A stretch of DNA of 64,000 nt from assembly GCA_963681965.1 (NCBI GenBank), contig OY820579.1, forward strand, positions 3,136,001 through 3,200,000, in the 5' to 3' direction. Each line of letters begins with the position of its first letter. Position 1 is the stretch's first letter. The notes below the pieces were generated by a model. The model had not been told where the DNA came from, did not search any database, and saw only the letters and a program-made list of their open reading frames with translations. Shown here one piece after another: positions 9,852 through 20,657 of this stretch. The DNA is from a bacterium. GTDB taxonomy: Bacteria; Electryoneota; JAOADG01. The position numbers and the translations under genes are program-made.

Positions 9852-10367
9852 CTATTTCTTTTTCAAGTCCGTGACTAAGTAAAATCGTAAAAGATTGACT
9901 GACTCCATCTTGAGCAGGTCAGTAATCGATTCGATCGTTGCGTAATCAGCATCTTTGTCGGCCTTGATGATCAGTCGATAATTCGGATTGATGCTGCGAG
10001 CACGGTTGATATTCTGCGGTAATGTCTCTTTCGTCTGAGGCACTAACCGGAACATCCCGGTTTTCTCGTTCAATGCACTGAATCCCAATTCCTGATCTTT
10101 TTTACCGAGACCGGATGAAATCAATATCTTCGAACTATTCGCGACCAGTTTGCCATCCGCGGTTGCTGCGTTGGTGATCGTAATCGTCAAGATATCCGAT
10201 TCCGGCAGCTTGATATTGCTGTGACTATCCGGAAGTCGCACCGGAGTATCCTCCGGCGGTTTGAATTGTGTGGTGGACATAAAGAAAATCAGCAAGAGGA
10301 AGGCGACATCGACCATTGGTGTCATGTCGATGGCAACCCCCATGCGTTTCGCCTTTGGTACCGCCAT
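9852..10367 (-). CDS. exbD: biopolymer transporter ExbD/TolR (copy 1)
   Basis: IDMTPMVDVAFLLLIFFMSTTQF and IIKADKDADY motifs. Confidence 0.92.
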   Translation of the reverse strand: MAVPKAKRMGVAIDMTPMVDVAFLLLIFFMSTTQFKPPEDTPVRLPDSHSNIKLPESDILTITITNAATADGKLVANSSKILISSGLGKKDQELGFSALNEKTGMFRLVPQTKETLPQNINRARSINPNYRLIIKADKDADYATIESITDLLKMESVNLLRFYLVTDLKKK

Positions 10368-10470
10368 AAATGCTCCTATCCGTTTCGAACGGTAATGAAT
10401 TTCTCTGCTGTCCGATTAGTCGCTTCAAATCAGAAGCAATCGACTCGGACCAACTTCGAAATGGCGGTTT

Positions 10471-11190
10471 TTAGATCTCGTCCTTCAACAGTTCGAGCGT
10501 CATATACACGGCTTCGTCGATCGAGTAGTTGAAATTGTCGACGCGTGTCGTAAAGATATTGTAGGTGAAGATACCGACAATACCACCGAAAATACCGAGT
10601 GCGGTATTGATCAAGGCTTCGGAAATACCTAACGCTAACTGGGCGGCATCAGGGGTACCGGCTTTCGCCATGGCGCGGAATGAACGAATCATACCGACGA
10701 CCGTACCTAACAAACCGAACATCGTCGAGGTCGAGGCAATGGTCGACATACCAATCAGATTTCGTTCGAGGAACGGAACTTCCAACAAACGCGCTTCATC
10801 CATCGCCCGTTGCGTTTCGGTCAATTTCTTCTCGCCAACGATGTGGGTGTCGCTCTGAATACGGATCCACTGTTCCATACCGGCGCGAAGCACCGACGCG
10901 GCGCTACCCTTCTGCTTGTCGCAGAGTTCGATTGCCTGCTGATACTTCTTTTCGCGAACGGATTTGAGGAATTCGTTGAAGAATATCGGCATCGCACGTT
11001 GACCCTTGGACTTCTTCAAAGTCAACAAACGTTCGATCACGAAAACCCAAATCATGAGGTTGATGGCAATCAAAATTGCTACGATCGGACCACCGTCCTT
11101 GATGAATGACGGTAAGACCTGAAAGACCGCGATAGCAACGACGACGCAAATAAGACTGGCGACTAAGACAAAAGCACCTTGCTTCTTCAT
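10471..11190 (-). CDS. exbB: MotA/TolQ/ExbB proton channel
   Basis: TIASTSTMFGLLGTVVGMIRSF...GISEALINTALG motif. Confidence 0.93.
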   Translation of the reverse strand: MKKQGAFVLVASLICVVVAIAVFQVLPSFIKDGGPIVAILIAINLMIWVFVIERLLTLKKSKGQRAMPIFFNEFLKSVREKKYQQAIELCDKQKGSAASVLRAGMEQWIRIQSDTHIVGEKKLTETQRAMDEARLLEVPFLERNLIGMSTIASTSTMFGLLGTVVGMIRSFRAMAKAGTPDAAQLALGISEALINTALGIFGGIVGIFTYNIFTTRVDNFNYSIDEAVYMTLELLKDEI

Positions 11191-11376
11191 GGATTGATCT
11201 CCTGGTGACTAAGGACGGGGCGAAATAACATCGCCCTTCGAAATAAACAAAAATTGTCAATTGCTTCAGAAAAAGAAATATAATACACGAATTCGAAACC
11301 TGCGAATTTTGCTTGGATAAATTCGACTGGCAGTCGAACGCTAGTGTTTACTTTTTACCCGAACTCATGAAATAGG

Positions 11377-13050
11377 TTACTTATTTAGTTGCTTTAAGTA
11401 ATCTTTCGCTTCGGCGTTGTTCGGATCGAACTGCAACGCTTTCTGAAATGCCGACTTCGCTTTCGATAAATAACCGGTATTCCCCGGCTCGGCAGCATAG
11501 CGCATATACCAGTTAATTCCCGACCATAGCCAAACATTCGCTGAATTCGGGAATGCGGCATCGGCTTTCTCAAGTACCGATAGGGATTTGCTGTATTGCT
11601 TGGCTCCGTAATGCAAGCCCGCCAAACGGATATACATATTCAAATCGAAATCTTTCCGCGTCGAAATCGAATCGAGCAGCGATATAGCATCTTTTTCCCG
11701 CTTCGATTTCTGCAAAATATCGACAATAACACCGTATGGGGCTATATTGGTATTGTTGATCGCCAATCCAGTGCGAATTGCCGCAATGGCGTCGTCGCTG
11801 CGGTCAAGTTCCTTTAAGGCGTATCCTAGATTGATCCACGTCGTGTCGTTTTTCGGTTCGAGTGCAAGCTTCCTGCGATACCAACTGGCGGCAGAATCGT
11901 ATTGGTCGATCGTGTAATATAGCAAACCGATTTTGCCTAGGAAATTCCGCTGAGTCGTGTCTGCCAGATATACTTGCTTCATTAAACCGATTTGATTGAT
12001 AAACACAATCCGCTTCGACGTGTCTTGACTCCAAAATCGAGTAGTAATATCGACTAACCGCAAAAACCGGTTGGCATCGAAATCCGGAGTACCAACCAAC
12101 GGTTTCCACAAATCAGAAGCCAGATCGAATTTTTTGCCTGCCATTAGAATATCTGCCAGCAACTTTCGGACACTAGCGTCTTCCTTCTTTGCCAATGCCG
12201 CTCGTAATACCGTTTCAGCTTCCGAAATCCGATTCAATTTCAAATAGGCTTCACCCAACATTCGGAACGCTTCGGCGTTCGGCTTCTCTTTGATCGAAGT
12301 TTCCAAATACGGTACAGCTTCTTTCAACTTTACCGAATCGCTGCGAGCATTGTAATACAAAATTTTACCGATTTGATAGTTTACTCCGGGATAATTCGGT
12401 TCGGTTTGATTAATCTTCTGCAACGCTTCCAATGCTTCATTGCCGCGTTTACCCGAAAGCAGTGCCATTGCCATTTCATAGCGGATATCGTTGTCTTTCG
12501 GATCGTAAATCAGCGCTTTGTTAAACGCATCGATCACAAAATCAAGCACGCCTTCCTTGCGGGAAATCAGACCCTGAATCTTGTAATAAGTGGCATTGGT
12601 CGAATCTTTACTTACGACGCTCCAAATCAACGTGGAAGCGGCACTGATCGAATCGGTATAAGCCAGAACCAATGCCCGTGAAGCTTGCATATCGAGATTT
12701 TTACCGGCGGCTTTCGTCCCTTCGTTAGCCAGTTGTCGCGCATCGATAATGTTGTTCATCCCGATGTAGATACCGGTCAATGCCAATACCGCTTTACCGT
12801 CTTTCTTGGAAATCGAAATCGCGCGTTTCAGATTATCGACAGCAGCAGCAGTGTCCCCGGTAGCAGCTTTGGCGATACCCAGATAGCGATAACTGTCCCC
12901 ATCCTTGGAATCCTTGGAAATCCCATCGCTCGCCAGTTTGATCACATTACCCCATTCCCGGTTCCGAACGGCATCATCCAAGGGTCCGGCGATAAGCATC
13001 GTCGAATAAGCTAGTAACAGTAAGAGGGATAGAATAAAACGTTTCTTCAC
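11377..13050 (-). CDS. exported tetratricopeptide-repeat protein
   Basis: Signal peptide and multiple TPR units (A..YLG..A...L.DP.N); GTG start with SD GAGGAG. Confidence 0.88.
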   Translation of the reverse strand: MKKRFILSLLLLLAYSTMLIAGPLDDAVRNREWGNVIKLASDGISKDSKDGDSYRYLGIAKAATGDTAAAVDNLKRAISISKKDGKAVLALTGIYIGMNNIIDARQLANEGTKAAGKNLDMQASRALVLAYTDSISAASTLIWSVVSKDSTNATYYKIQGLISRKEGVLDFVIDAFNKALIYDPKDNDIRYEMAMALLSGKRGNEALEALQKINQTEPNYPGVNYQIGKILYYNARSDSVKLKEAVPYLETSIKEKPNAEAFRMLGEAYLKLNRISEAETVLRAALAKKEDASVRKLLADILMAGKKFDLASDLWKPLVGTPDFDANRFLRLVDITTRFWSQDTSKRIVFINQIGLMKQVYLADTTQRNFLGKIGLLYYTIDQYDSAASWYRRKLALEPKNDTTWINLGYALKELDRSDDAIAAIRTGLAINNTNIAPYGVIVDILQKSKREKDAISLLDSISTRKDFDLNMYIRLAGLHYGAKQYSKSLSVLEKADAAFPNSANVWLWSGINWYMRYAAEPGNTGYLSKAKSAFQKALQFDPNNAEAKDYLKQLNK

Positions 13051-13135
13051 GGTTCTCCTCGGTCTTAGCGTCTTAATAAATTCATATGGTTCTTACAACT
13101 CGATCAATTCATTACTTCAGCAGGGATAAAATACA

Positions 13136-13999
13136 CTATTTCGGTTTCGAATCCACTACTTTCAATGGAACCATCGCCGGGAGAACGCCATTGTTAGCCA
13201 ATAACCGTTGTCCCATATTGGACGAGATGTAATTCAGAAAACTTGTTCCGACATCCATTTTTTCGCTGGTGGTGATATAAACGATCGGAATCACCCACGG
13301 ATATCGTCCTTCATGGATGGCGCGCAAGGTTGGGCGCTGTTTCTTGCCATCGAACATCACCCCGATCGGTTTCACATTTTCCGGAATAACACCAGTCATC
13401 GCACCTAAAGCATCGGGATCCTCGGAAACGCGAATCGCAATCGAATCGCTTGGAACCACAAATGCAACGATTTTTGAAGGTGTCTTGAACAGTACCTGTA
13501 GCAACTCCCATACACCTTCACCCTGCAACGGTAAATACATCCGAATCGGTCGATCATGCCCTTGCCCGACCTGATTCCAGTTGTCAAATCGACCGGTTAG
13601 GATACTGGCAATTTGAATTGAATCGAGATCGTCAATTTTATTGGAAGGATGAACGATAAATGCCATCGGACTACGCGCCAGTCGAAAGACGAGCAGCTCT
13701 TTTTTCGCTTGTTTAAATGCCAGCGATTCCGGTTGGGTCAACGGTCGATCGATCACGATCTGATCGGTCTTGCCGGAAATGAGCGAATCGATTGCTTGAC
13801 GGGTGTTGCGCCGGCTGATGTTAATTCTGGCTTTGGGATATTGAGATTCGAAATCTGCCACTCCGCGAGCAATAATCGACGCTACTGCCGGGGCACAAGG
13901 CAATTGCGCGGTGCCTTCAAACGGGTGTCGATCCGGTCCGCAGGCAGACAAGAGCAGTAAGGGGACGATAAAGAGAAGATTATTTTTGATCCAGTTCAT
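13136..13999 (-). CDS. PstS-like substrate-binding lipoprotein
   Basis: Start reassigned to ATG 13999 (MNWIK..LLLSAC lipobox); FIVHPSN..I..ILTG...W and YP...IVYI...FLNYISSNMGQRLLANNG match the PstS/PBP2 pattern. Confidence 0.75.
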   Translation of the reverse strand: MNWIKNNLLFIVPLLLLSACGPDRHPFEGTAQLPCAPAVASIIARGVADFESQYPKARINISRRNTRQAIDSLISGKTDQIVIDRPLTQPESLAFKQAKKELLVFRLARSPMAFIVHPSNKIDDLDSIQIASILTGRFDNWNQVGQGHDRPIRMYLPLQGEGVWELLQVLFKTPSKIVAFVVPSDSIAIRVSEDPDALGAMTGVIPENVKPIGVMFDGKKQRPTLRAIHEGRYPWVIPIVYITTSEKMDVGTSFLNYISSNMGQRLLANNGVLPAMVPLKVVDSKPK

Positions 14000-14273
14000 C
14001 GATCTGCTCCCGTAACGTTTTCTGCCGCTCTTCACGCAATTTGGGAAGAAAGGTGACGATACGATAAATCCCAAACAGAATCACTGTAATGCCGAGAATC
14101 AAGCGAACTCTGGGTTCTACCCACCAATGCGATCCCAGCACATTTGTTACTATTAAAACGCCCGCGACTACGAAAACGATCCCGACAAATGTACCAATCT
14201 GTGGCGACCAAGTGATATATCGTTCAGTCGGTTCGTCATTCAGAATCTGTCGACGTGGCTTGAAAATAAGCAT
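13980..14273 (-). CDS. small two-TM membrane protein
   Basis: Two hydrophobic helices (..ILFGIYRI); overlaps the start of the PstS-like gene. Confidence 0.6.
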   Translation of the reverse strand: MLIFKPRRQILNDEPTERYITWSPQIGTFVGIVFVVAGVLIVTNVLGSHWWVEPRVRLILGITVILFGIYRIVTFLPKLREERQKTLREQIDELDQK

Positions 14274-14391
14274 ATTCAGTTGACCTGCAGCGATGAGATT
14301 TGGGTCGGATTAAGCGACTTTGCTATTGTACACAAATATCAAATCCGGAGCAAATCGACTAAATCAGTTACTCATTCGCAGTAGACGATGC

Positions 14392-14509
14392 TATAGTCTC
14401 TCTTGAAAATCATTTGTTATCGGTAGTAGGGGCTGATCCCCACATCCGCCCGCAGGTCAGGCGAAGCCTGATACCGAATCATGACAACTTATTTTCAAGA
14501 ACCACTATA
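14392..14509 (+). repeat. dispersed MITE/REPIN-like element, copy 1
   Basis: Imperfect TIR TATAGT..TCTTGAAAAT..TTGTTAT / ATGACAA..ATTTTCAAGA..ACTATA; internal GTAG-GGGC..GCCC hairpin and TCAG-GCGAAGC-CTGA hairpin. Confidence 0.8.
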
Positions 14510-14515
14510 TGTACA

Positions 14516-14543
14516 GAAAAAGGCGGGAATTCCCGCCTTTTTC
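14516..14543 (-). terminator. intrinsic terminator of the nuo operon
   Basis: GAAAAAGGCGGG-aatt-CCCGCCTTTTTC. Confidence 0.85.
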
Positions 14544-14562
14544 CTGCTTAAATTCTAAGACT

Positions 14563-16014
14563 TTACATTTTACCGACAAAACCTTCTGCCGCCCAATTGA
14601 CCCACTTGATCACCAATCCGGGGAAAGTACCAAGAATGAACGTTGGAACGGCGCAAGTAAGCAACAGCGCATATACTTGACTGGAGACCGGTTTCGTATT
14701 TAACTCCTCAGCGCTATCGGTCAGGAACATCTCTTTGGCAATCTTAGTATAGTACACTAAGCTCACTACCGTGTTGATCACTGCGATTAACGCTAACGAA
14801 GTCTGATTAGCTTTAATCAGTGCATTGAATATCATATACTTACCGACGAAGCCAGCAAGTGGTGGAATACCAACCAAACTGAATAAGAAGATCGCAAACA
14901 TCACAGCCGTGAACGGATCCCGCTTTCCCAATCCTCGATAAACTTCGAGATTTACGCTTCCGTACGTTCGCTCAATCCATTCCACCACGGCAAAGGCACC
15001 AATGTTCATGAATAAATAAGCGATCAAGTAAAATGATAAACCAGCGTAGCCATCCGTCGAATTGACAGTAAATACCGTAAAAATATATCCTGCATGCGCA
15101 ATCGAGGAATACGCTAACAGTCGCTTCAAATTCGTCTGCGGAAGTGCGGCTAGATTTCCCAAAGTCATCGTTGCGACTGCGATCCACCAGAACAACTTAT
15201 CCCAGCCAAATTGAACCAAGGCGGTGTCGGGAACTGCATTAATCAAAAATCGGGCAAGCGCGGCAAGACCTGCAGCTTTTGGTGCTACCGAAAAGAATGC
15301 CGTCATCGGAGTTGGTGCGCCTTCGTACACATCCGGACACCAAAAATGAAATGGCACTGCGGCGATCTTGTAACCAAATCCGGCAACCATCAACACCATT
15401 GCGACAAATGCGACCAATTCGTAGCCGTTCCCCTGGGCATCAAGCATGTCGCGCAGACCGGAATAGGTTGTTTCGCCAGTGATTCCGTACAAAAAGGAAA
15501 AACCGAATAACATCATTCCGATCGAAACTGCACCATACAGAACGTATTTCAGCGCCGCTTCACCCGATTTGCGGTTAGCACGGTAATAACCGGCTAGGAT
15601 ATACGATGGTACCGACACAGTTTCCAAACCGACAATCAGTACGATGAAATCGGAAGCGCTGGCGACGATATACATCCCGAATACAACTGCCGCCAACAAT
15701 AAATAATATTCACCGTTCTTATGGAATCGTGGAAGCGACATCCATATCCCGAAAATTCCGGCTGCGCTGGCAAACAACTTGATAAAGGTAGAGAAAGGAT
15801 CGATCCGGAAGGTCCCGGCAAAGTACAAACCGTTGGGCGTAAAGACTACCGATACACCGGCAGCGATTACAAACAACAAGCTTGTTACCCATGCTAACGC
15901 AGCGCGATCCTTGTCTTTGGATGTGACATCCCAAATGAGTAGGATGACGAACCCAAGAGCAAGCGTCATTTCGCCCGCAGCGCCGATGAAGTCGTTGAGT
16001 GAGAGCATCGTCAT
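14563..16014 (-). CDS. nuoN: NADH-quinone oxidoreductase subunit N
   Basis: EAALKY, KIAAVPFHFWCPDVYEGAPTP and KRLLAYSSIAHAGY motifs. Confidence 0.95.
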   Translation of the reverse strand: MTMLSLNDFIGAAGEMTLALGFVILLIWDVTSKDKDRAALAWVTSLLFVIAAGVSVVFTPNGLYFAGTFRIDPFSTFIKLFASAAGIFGIWMSLPRFHKNGEYYLLLAAVVFGMYIVASASDFIVLIVGLETVSVPSYILAGYYRANRKSGEAALKYVLYGAVSIGMMLFGFSFLYGITGETTYSGLRDMLDAQGNGYELVAFVAMVLMVAGFGYKIAAVPFHFWCPDVYEGAPTPMTAFFSVAPKAAGLAALARFLINAVPDTALVQFGWDKLFWWIAVATMTLGNLAALPQTNLKRLLAYSSIAHAGYIFTVFTVNSTDGYAGLSFYLIAYLFMNIGAFAVVEWIERTYGSVNLEVYRGLGKRDPFTAVMFAIFLFSLVGIPPLAGFVGKYMIFNALIKANQTSLALIAVINTVVSLVYYTKIAKEMFLTDSAEELNTKPVSSQVYALLLTCAVPTFILGTFPGLVIKWVNWAAEGFVGKM

Positions 16015-16015
16015 C

Positions 16016-17569
16016 TTAGAATCCGTTCATTGCGATCACTGCCGCCGGTTTCACGATGGTAATTAAATGGTTGAGCGAACCACTGATCATGTTTAAAATC
16101 GGGTGCGGATAAACACCCAGAACTATTACAATGATTGCCAGCGGTACGAGGGTGAACATTTCTCGCCCGTTAATTTCCGGAAGATCTTTATATTTTTCGT
16201 TCAACGGTCCAAAGAAGACCCGTTGAATTGTCCAGAGTAAGTAGCCCGCAGTAATAATGATACCGAATGCGGAAATCATCGTGTATACCGGCCAAGTCTG
16301 ATAACTTCCCATGAATACCAGGATTTCGGAAATGAAGCCGCTCAAACCCGGCAAACCTAACGAAGCAAAGAACGCAAAGGCGGTCATACCCATATAGCGC
16401 GGAACCACCGAACCGATACCGCCGAAACCGTTGATTTCACGGTGGTGAGCACGATCATAAACCACACCCACCAAGAGGAACAACATGGCTGTTATCGTAC
16501 CATGGTTGAACATCTGGAGCACTGCGCCGTTGATACCGGCAGGCGTCAATGCGCTCATACCAAGTAGCACATAACCCATGTGAGAAATCGAACTGTATGC
16601 CACAAGCTTCTTGAGGTCGGTTTGCGCCATCGCGCAAAATGCCCCATACAGAATGTTAATGACACCCAAAATCGCCATCATATTGCTGAAGTAGTAAGAT
16701 GCATCCGGGAAGATCCCAAAATTGATTCGCAACATACCGTAAGTACCCATTTTCAAAAGGATACCTGCTAGGATCACGGAGATTGCGGTGGGAGCTTCCA
16801 CGTGGGCATCCGGTAACCACGTATGGAACGGGAATACCGGCACTTTAATGGCAAAGCCGATAAACAAGGCAATCCACAGGACATAACGGATACTGTATCC
16901 CAAAAACATACCAGTATTCCGCAGCCACTCGGTTTGACTCGTCTGCTGCATCATCGTAACCATGTCGAAAGTATGCTGTCCGGTAAGTGGATCGATGGTA
17001 TTCTGATATAGAATGATCATTGCCAGCAACATCAGCACTGAACCAGCCAGTGTATAAAGGAAGAACTTGATTGCGGCATAGATTCTTCGCGGTCCACCCC
17101 AGATACCGATTAAGAAATACATCGGTAACAGCATGACTTCCCAGAACACATAGAACAGGAAGAAGTCAAGTGAGATGAAAGTTCCCAGCATACCTGTTTC
17201 AAGCAACAGGAACAGCGTCATGTAACCTTTGACCTGTTTCGCGATTCCCCACGATGCAAAGATGCAGAGGAAGCTTAACAACGTCGTAAGCCAGACCATC
17301 GGGAACGAGATGCCATCGACACCGACATACCAGAAAATATTGTATCCCGGAATCCAGACGGCGCGCTCGACAAATTGGAACGTCTTCGGATCGTTCACAC
17401 CGATGCTGCTGTTGTTGTATTGAAAGAGCAGGACAGTGGCAATAACCAACGGCACAAATGTTGTCGCCGCAGCCAGCCAACGCATGATATTCAGGCGCTC
17501 TTTTGGAACCAAGAGGATGATCAACGCTCCCACCAGTGGGAAGAAGGTCATGATCGAAAGCGGACCCAT
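16016..17569 (-). CDS. nuoM: NADH-quinone oxidoreductase subunit M
   Basis: FYVFWEVMLLPMY, KVPVFPFHTWLPDAHVEAPT and LLKMGTYG motifs. Confidence 0.96.
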   Translation of the reverse strand: MGPLSIMTFFPLVGALIILLVPKERLNIMRWLAAATTFVPLVIATVLLFQYNNSSIGVNDPKTFQFVERAVWIPGYNIFWYVGVDGISFPMVWLTTLLSFLCIFASWGIAKQVKGYMTLFLLLETGMLGTFISLDFFLFYVFWEVMLLPMYFLIGIWGGPRRIYAAIKFFLYTLAGSVLMLLAMIILYQNTIDPLTGQHTFDMVTMMQQTSQTEWLRNTGMFLGYSIRYVLWIALFIGFAIKVPVFPFHTWLPDAHVEAPTAISVILAGILLKMGTYGMLRINFGIFPDASYYFSNMMAILGVINILYGAFCAMAQTDLKKLVAYSSISHMGYVLLGMSALTPAGINGAVLQMFNHGTITAMLFLLVGVVYDRAHHREINGFGGIGSVVPRYMGMTAFAFFASLGLPGLSGFISEILVFMGSYQTWPVYTMISAFGIIITAGYLLWTIQRVFFGPLNEKYKDLPEINGREMFTLVPLAIIVIVLGVYPHPILNMISGSLNHLITIVKPAAVIAMNGF

Positions 17570-17702
17570 AGCGTAGTGCTTCCTTTCTGACTACCTAATT
17601 CAGGATCGATAACAAATCAAATCAATGCGGATAATCGGCATCAGTTGAGCCAATCTCAATCGCCGGAAATAAGCGATTAGATCCGATCAAGCGAAAAAAT
17701 TA

Positions 17703-19850
17703 CTATAAAATCGTACCAGCGACGATGACAATGAGAATTGCCCCGATCGCCAAAACTGTTACTAACAAATACCGCTGAAGATTGCCAGTTTGAACCAATC
17801 GAACGCGATCGCCCGAGCGACCGACAACCCATGCCAAACCATTTACTGCGCCATCAATGACACTATTGTCGAACTTGCCGGTACCGAATGAGAAATTCCG
17901 GGTTAACCATGCGGTACCATTCACGATACCGTCAATAACGTATTGGTCGAATAGTGCCATTGTCTTGGAAAACAGTAGAGTGAATGCGATCACCGTCTTA
18001 TCGTACAACTCATCCATCCACCACTTATTGAGCATACCCTTGTAGAATAGACCCAACTTAATTTTCCAGGCATCGGTATCGACCTTCTTCTTCAAGAATG
18101 TCGTCCATGACAGCCAGATGCCACCACCCGCGACACATACCGACAAGATCATTGCCAATAAGTGCGCGAAATGCTCGGTGTGTTCCTTCTCGGCATCCAT
18201 TGCCTCGCTGCCACCATGTTCTGCTGCCGGTTTGGCTTCGCCTGTGGCATGTGCTACTGCCGGTTCACCCTGTTTAACCATTTCTTCGTGCGGCGCAGGT
18301 ACTGTTAGCATTGCCGCATACGCGCGCGGAGGAGTTGCTACTTGCGAATTAAACCACCCCTTCGTCGAGAACGGATTCACGTTGGGTAACGTAAACCAGA
18401 AGAAAACCGATAATGTCGCCAAGGTAATTAGCGGGATAGTCATTGCCTTCGGTGATTCGTGCAGGTGTCCTTCTGCTTCCGAACCACTCAGGAATTTTCC
18501 AAAGAATGTCTTGTAAATAATCCGGAACATGTAGAATGCGGTCATTCCGGCAGTCACAAAACCGAATAGCACCAAAATCCAGCTAATACCGCCATTCTCC
18601 ATCGCATACGCCAGTGTCGCGCCAAGGATAGCATCCTTCGACAGAAAACCGCTAGTAAACGGGACACCGGAGATTGCCAGTGTCGCTATCAACATCGTCA
18701 AGTATGTCACCGGCATTGCACGCTTCATGCCGCCCATATTCCGCATATCCTGCGGATCGGCATGGCTGTGGATGTGATGCAAGGCAATGTGCATCGCGTG
18801 GATCACTGATCCGGATGCTAGGAACAAACAGGCTTTGAACATCGCGTGGGTGACCAAATGGAATAATCCGGCGGTGTATGCACCGACACCCAGACCCATA
18901 ATCATGTAACCCAACTGCGAAATCGTCGAGTACGCCAACACCTTCTTGATATCGTATTGCGCTACGGCGATCGTCGCAGCAAAGAACGCCGTAAAACCGC
19001 CAACCAAGGCAATCACCAGACCGGCATCCGGAGTGATAATCGGGAAAATTCGTGCGACCAAATAAACACCCGCCGCCACCATCGTTGCAGCGTGGATCAA
19101 GGCACTAACCGGTGTCGGACCTTCCATTGCATCGGGCAACCAGACGTGTAACGGGAATTGTGCTGACTTACCGACAGCGCCACAGAACAGCAACAAGCCA
19201 ATGACTGTGAGCGTACCCATCGAAATCGAACCGTGAGCAACCGCAGCATACACTTTTTCGAGATTCAATTCACCCAGCAAAGCAAAAGTGAGAAGGATAC
19301 CGATCAGCATCCCGAAGTCGCCGATCCGGTTCGTAATGAACGCTTTTTTCGATGCTTGCGCGGGTGCATTCTTCTCGTGCCAGAACCCGATTAGCAAGTA
19401 GCTGGAGAGACCAACTAGTTCCCAGAAGATATAAAGACCGAGCAACGAATCTGCCAGCACCAATCCGAGCATCGAGAAACTGAATAGCGACAGATATGCG
19501 AAAAATCGACCGTACTTTGGATCACCTTTCATGTACTGAGTACTGAACAGGTGAACTAGCGAGCTGACCAAAGTCACCACGATCAACATTACCGAAGTCA
19601 AGACGTCGAAGTGAACACCAACTTGAACCGCGGCGGATCCGAGCGGTATCCAATCGAAGACCAGATTTTCGGAATACCCCACAGGTTTCATCATGATGTC
19701 GATGAACAACTTCAGTGACAGGATTAACCCGGCAAAGATGGTTGCAAGCGATAGAAAGTCGCCGTTGCGCGGAAGTCGTTTGCTGTTCAGCAAAACGATT
19801 GCGAAACTGGCAAGTGGCATCAGCCATACGAATAGGGCAAGAGTAATCAT
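17703..19850 (-). CDS. nuoL: NADH-quinone oxidoreductase subunit L
   Basis: GKSAQFPLHVWLPDAMEGPTPVSALIHAATMV, HAMFKACLFL and C-terminal VIDGAVN..QTG. Confidence 0.96.
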   Translation of the reverse strand: MITLALFVWLMPLASFAIVLLNSKRLPRNGDFLSLATIFAGLILSLKLFIDIMMKPVGYSENLVFDWIPLGSAAVQVGVHFDVLTSVMLIVVTLVSSLVHLFSTQYMKGDPKYGRFFAYLSLFSFSMLGLVLADSLLGLYIFWELVGLSSYLLIGFWHEKNAPAQASKKAFITNRIGDFGMLIGILLTFALLGELNLEKVYAAVAHGSISMGTLTVIGLLLFCGAVGKSAQFPLHVWLPDAMEGPTPVSALIHAATMVAAGVYLVARIFPIITPDAGLVIALVGGFTAFFAATIAVAQYDIKKVLAYSTISQLGYMIMGLGVGAYTAGLFHLVTHAMFKACLFLASGSVIHAMHIALHHIHSHADPQDMRNMGGMKRAMPVTYLTMLIATLAISGVPFTSGFLSKDAILGATLAYAMENGGISWILVLFGFVTAGMTAFYMFRIIYKTFFGKFLSGSEAEGHLHESPKAMTIPLITLATLSVFFWFTLPNVNPFSTKGWFNSQVATPPRAYAAMLTVPAPHEEMVKQGEPAVAHATGEAKPAAEHGGSEAMDAEKEHTEHFAHLLAMILSVCVAGGGIWLSWTTFLKKKVDTDAWKIKLGLFYKGMLNKWWMDELYDKTVIAFTLLFSKTMALFDQYVIDGIVNGTAWLTRNFSFGTGKFDNSVIDGAVNGLAWVVGRSGDRVRLVQTGNLQRYLLVTVLAIGAILIVIVAGTIL

Positions 19851-20155
19851 TGTTTCATATCCGAGGCATGGTCGACGAAAACAGTTCCGCGCTGACGGTA
19901 CAACCCGAGAAAGATCGACAGCGCCACGGCAGCTTCGGCAGCGGCAAGCAAAATGATAAACAGCGCGACCAAGTGTCCGCGCAGGTTACCGGTGCTGAAA
20001 TGAGAAAAGATAATGAAGTTTAATCCCGCGCTGTTGAGTATCAGTTCGATTCCCATCAGAATGGAAACGGCATTCTTGCGAGTCAGTACCGCCAGAATCC
20101 CAAGAATAAACAATCCGCAAGATATGCAGAGGAAAACGGTGACGTTATTCAGCAT
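19847..20155 (-). CDS. nuoK: NADH-quinone oxidoreductase subunit K
   Basis: ILMGIELILNSA and AAAEAAVAL motifs. Confidence 0.93.
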   Translation of the reverse strand: MLNNVTVFLCISCGLFILGILAVLTRKNAVSILMGIELILNSAGLNFIIFSHFSTGNLRGHLVALFIILLAAAEAAVALSIFLGLYRQRGTVFVDHASDMKQ

Positions 20156-20657
20156 CTTCGTCGCTCCGTTCCCGCCCTAAGCGAACTGCACCGATCAATG
20201 CTGCAACCAACAGGATCGAGGCGGCTTCGAAGGCGATCACATAAGTGAAGATCAATTCTCGACCAATCGCGGCAGTGGTTGGTTGTGCGGCTAATTGATT
20301 GACCAGCCACGGTGTGTAAATAATCATCACCATCAATGCAATGCCAACAGCACCAACTGGGATCAGTGCCAAATAGCGCTGTTGCGTTTGTTCAAAAATA
20401 TCGAGGTTCGTGATCCGGGAAGTGAGCAATACGCCGAAAATGATCAGGATCAGAATACCACCGACGTATACAATCACTTGCGTTGCAGCCAAGAAGTCGG
20501 CAGCCATCAACACATAAAGTGCCGCGACACCGATAAACGTAAACAGCAGTGCAAACGCCGAGTACAGAATTCGCGGTGAAAACGTGACGACCGATGCCGA
20601 TGCCAACGTTAACAATCCGAAAAATCCGATCGCGATATCAAGAAGGAGCGATTCCAT
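20145..20657 (-). CDS. nuoJ: NADH-quinone oxidoreductase subunit J
   Basis: ADFLAATQVIVYVGGILIL and FEAASILL motifs. Confidence 0.93.
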   Translation of the reverse strand: MESLLLDIAIGFFGLLTLASASVVTFSPRILYSAFALLFTFIGVAALYVLMAADFLAATQVIVYVGGILILIIFGVLLTSRITNLDIFEQTQQRYLALIPVGAVGIALMVMIIYTPWLVNQLAAQPTTAAIGRELIFTYVIAFEAASILLVAALIGAVRLGRERSDEDAE

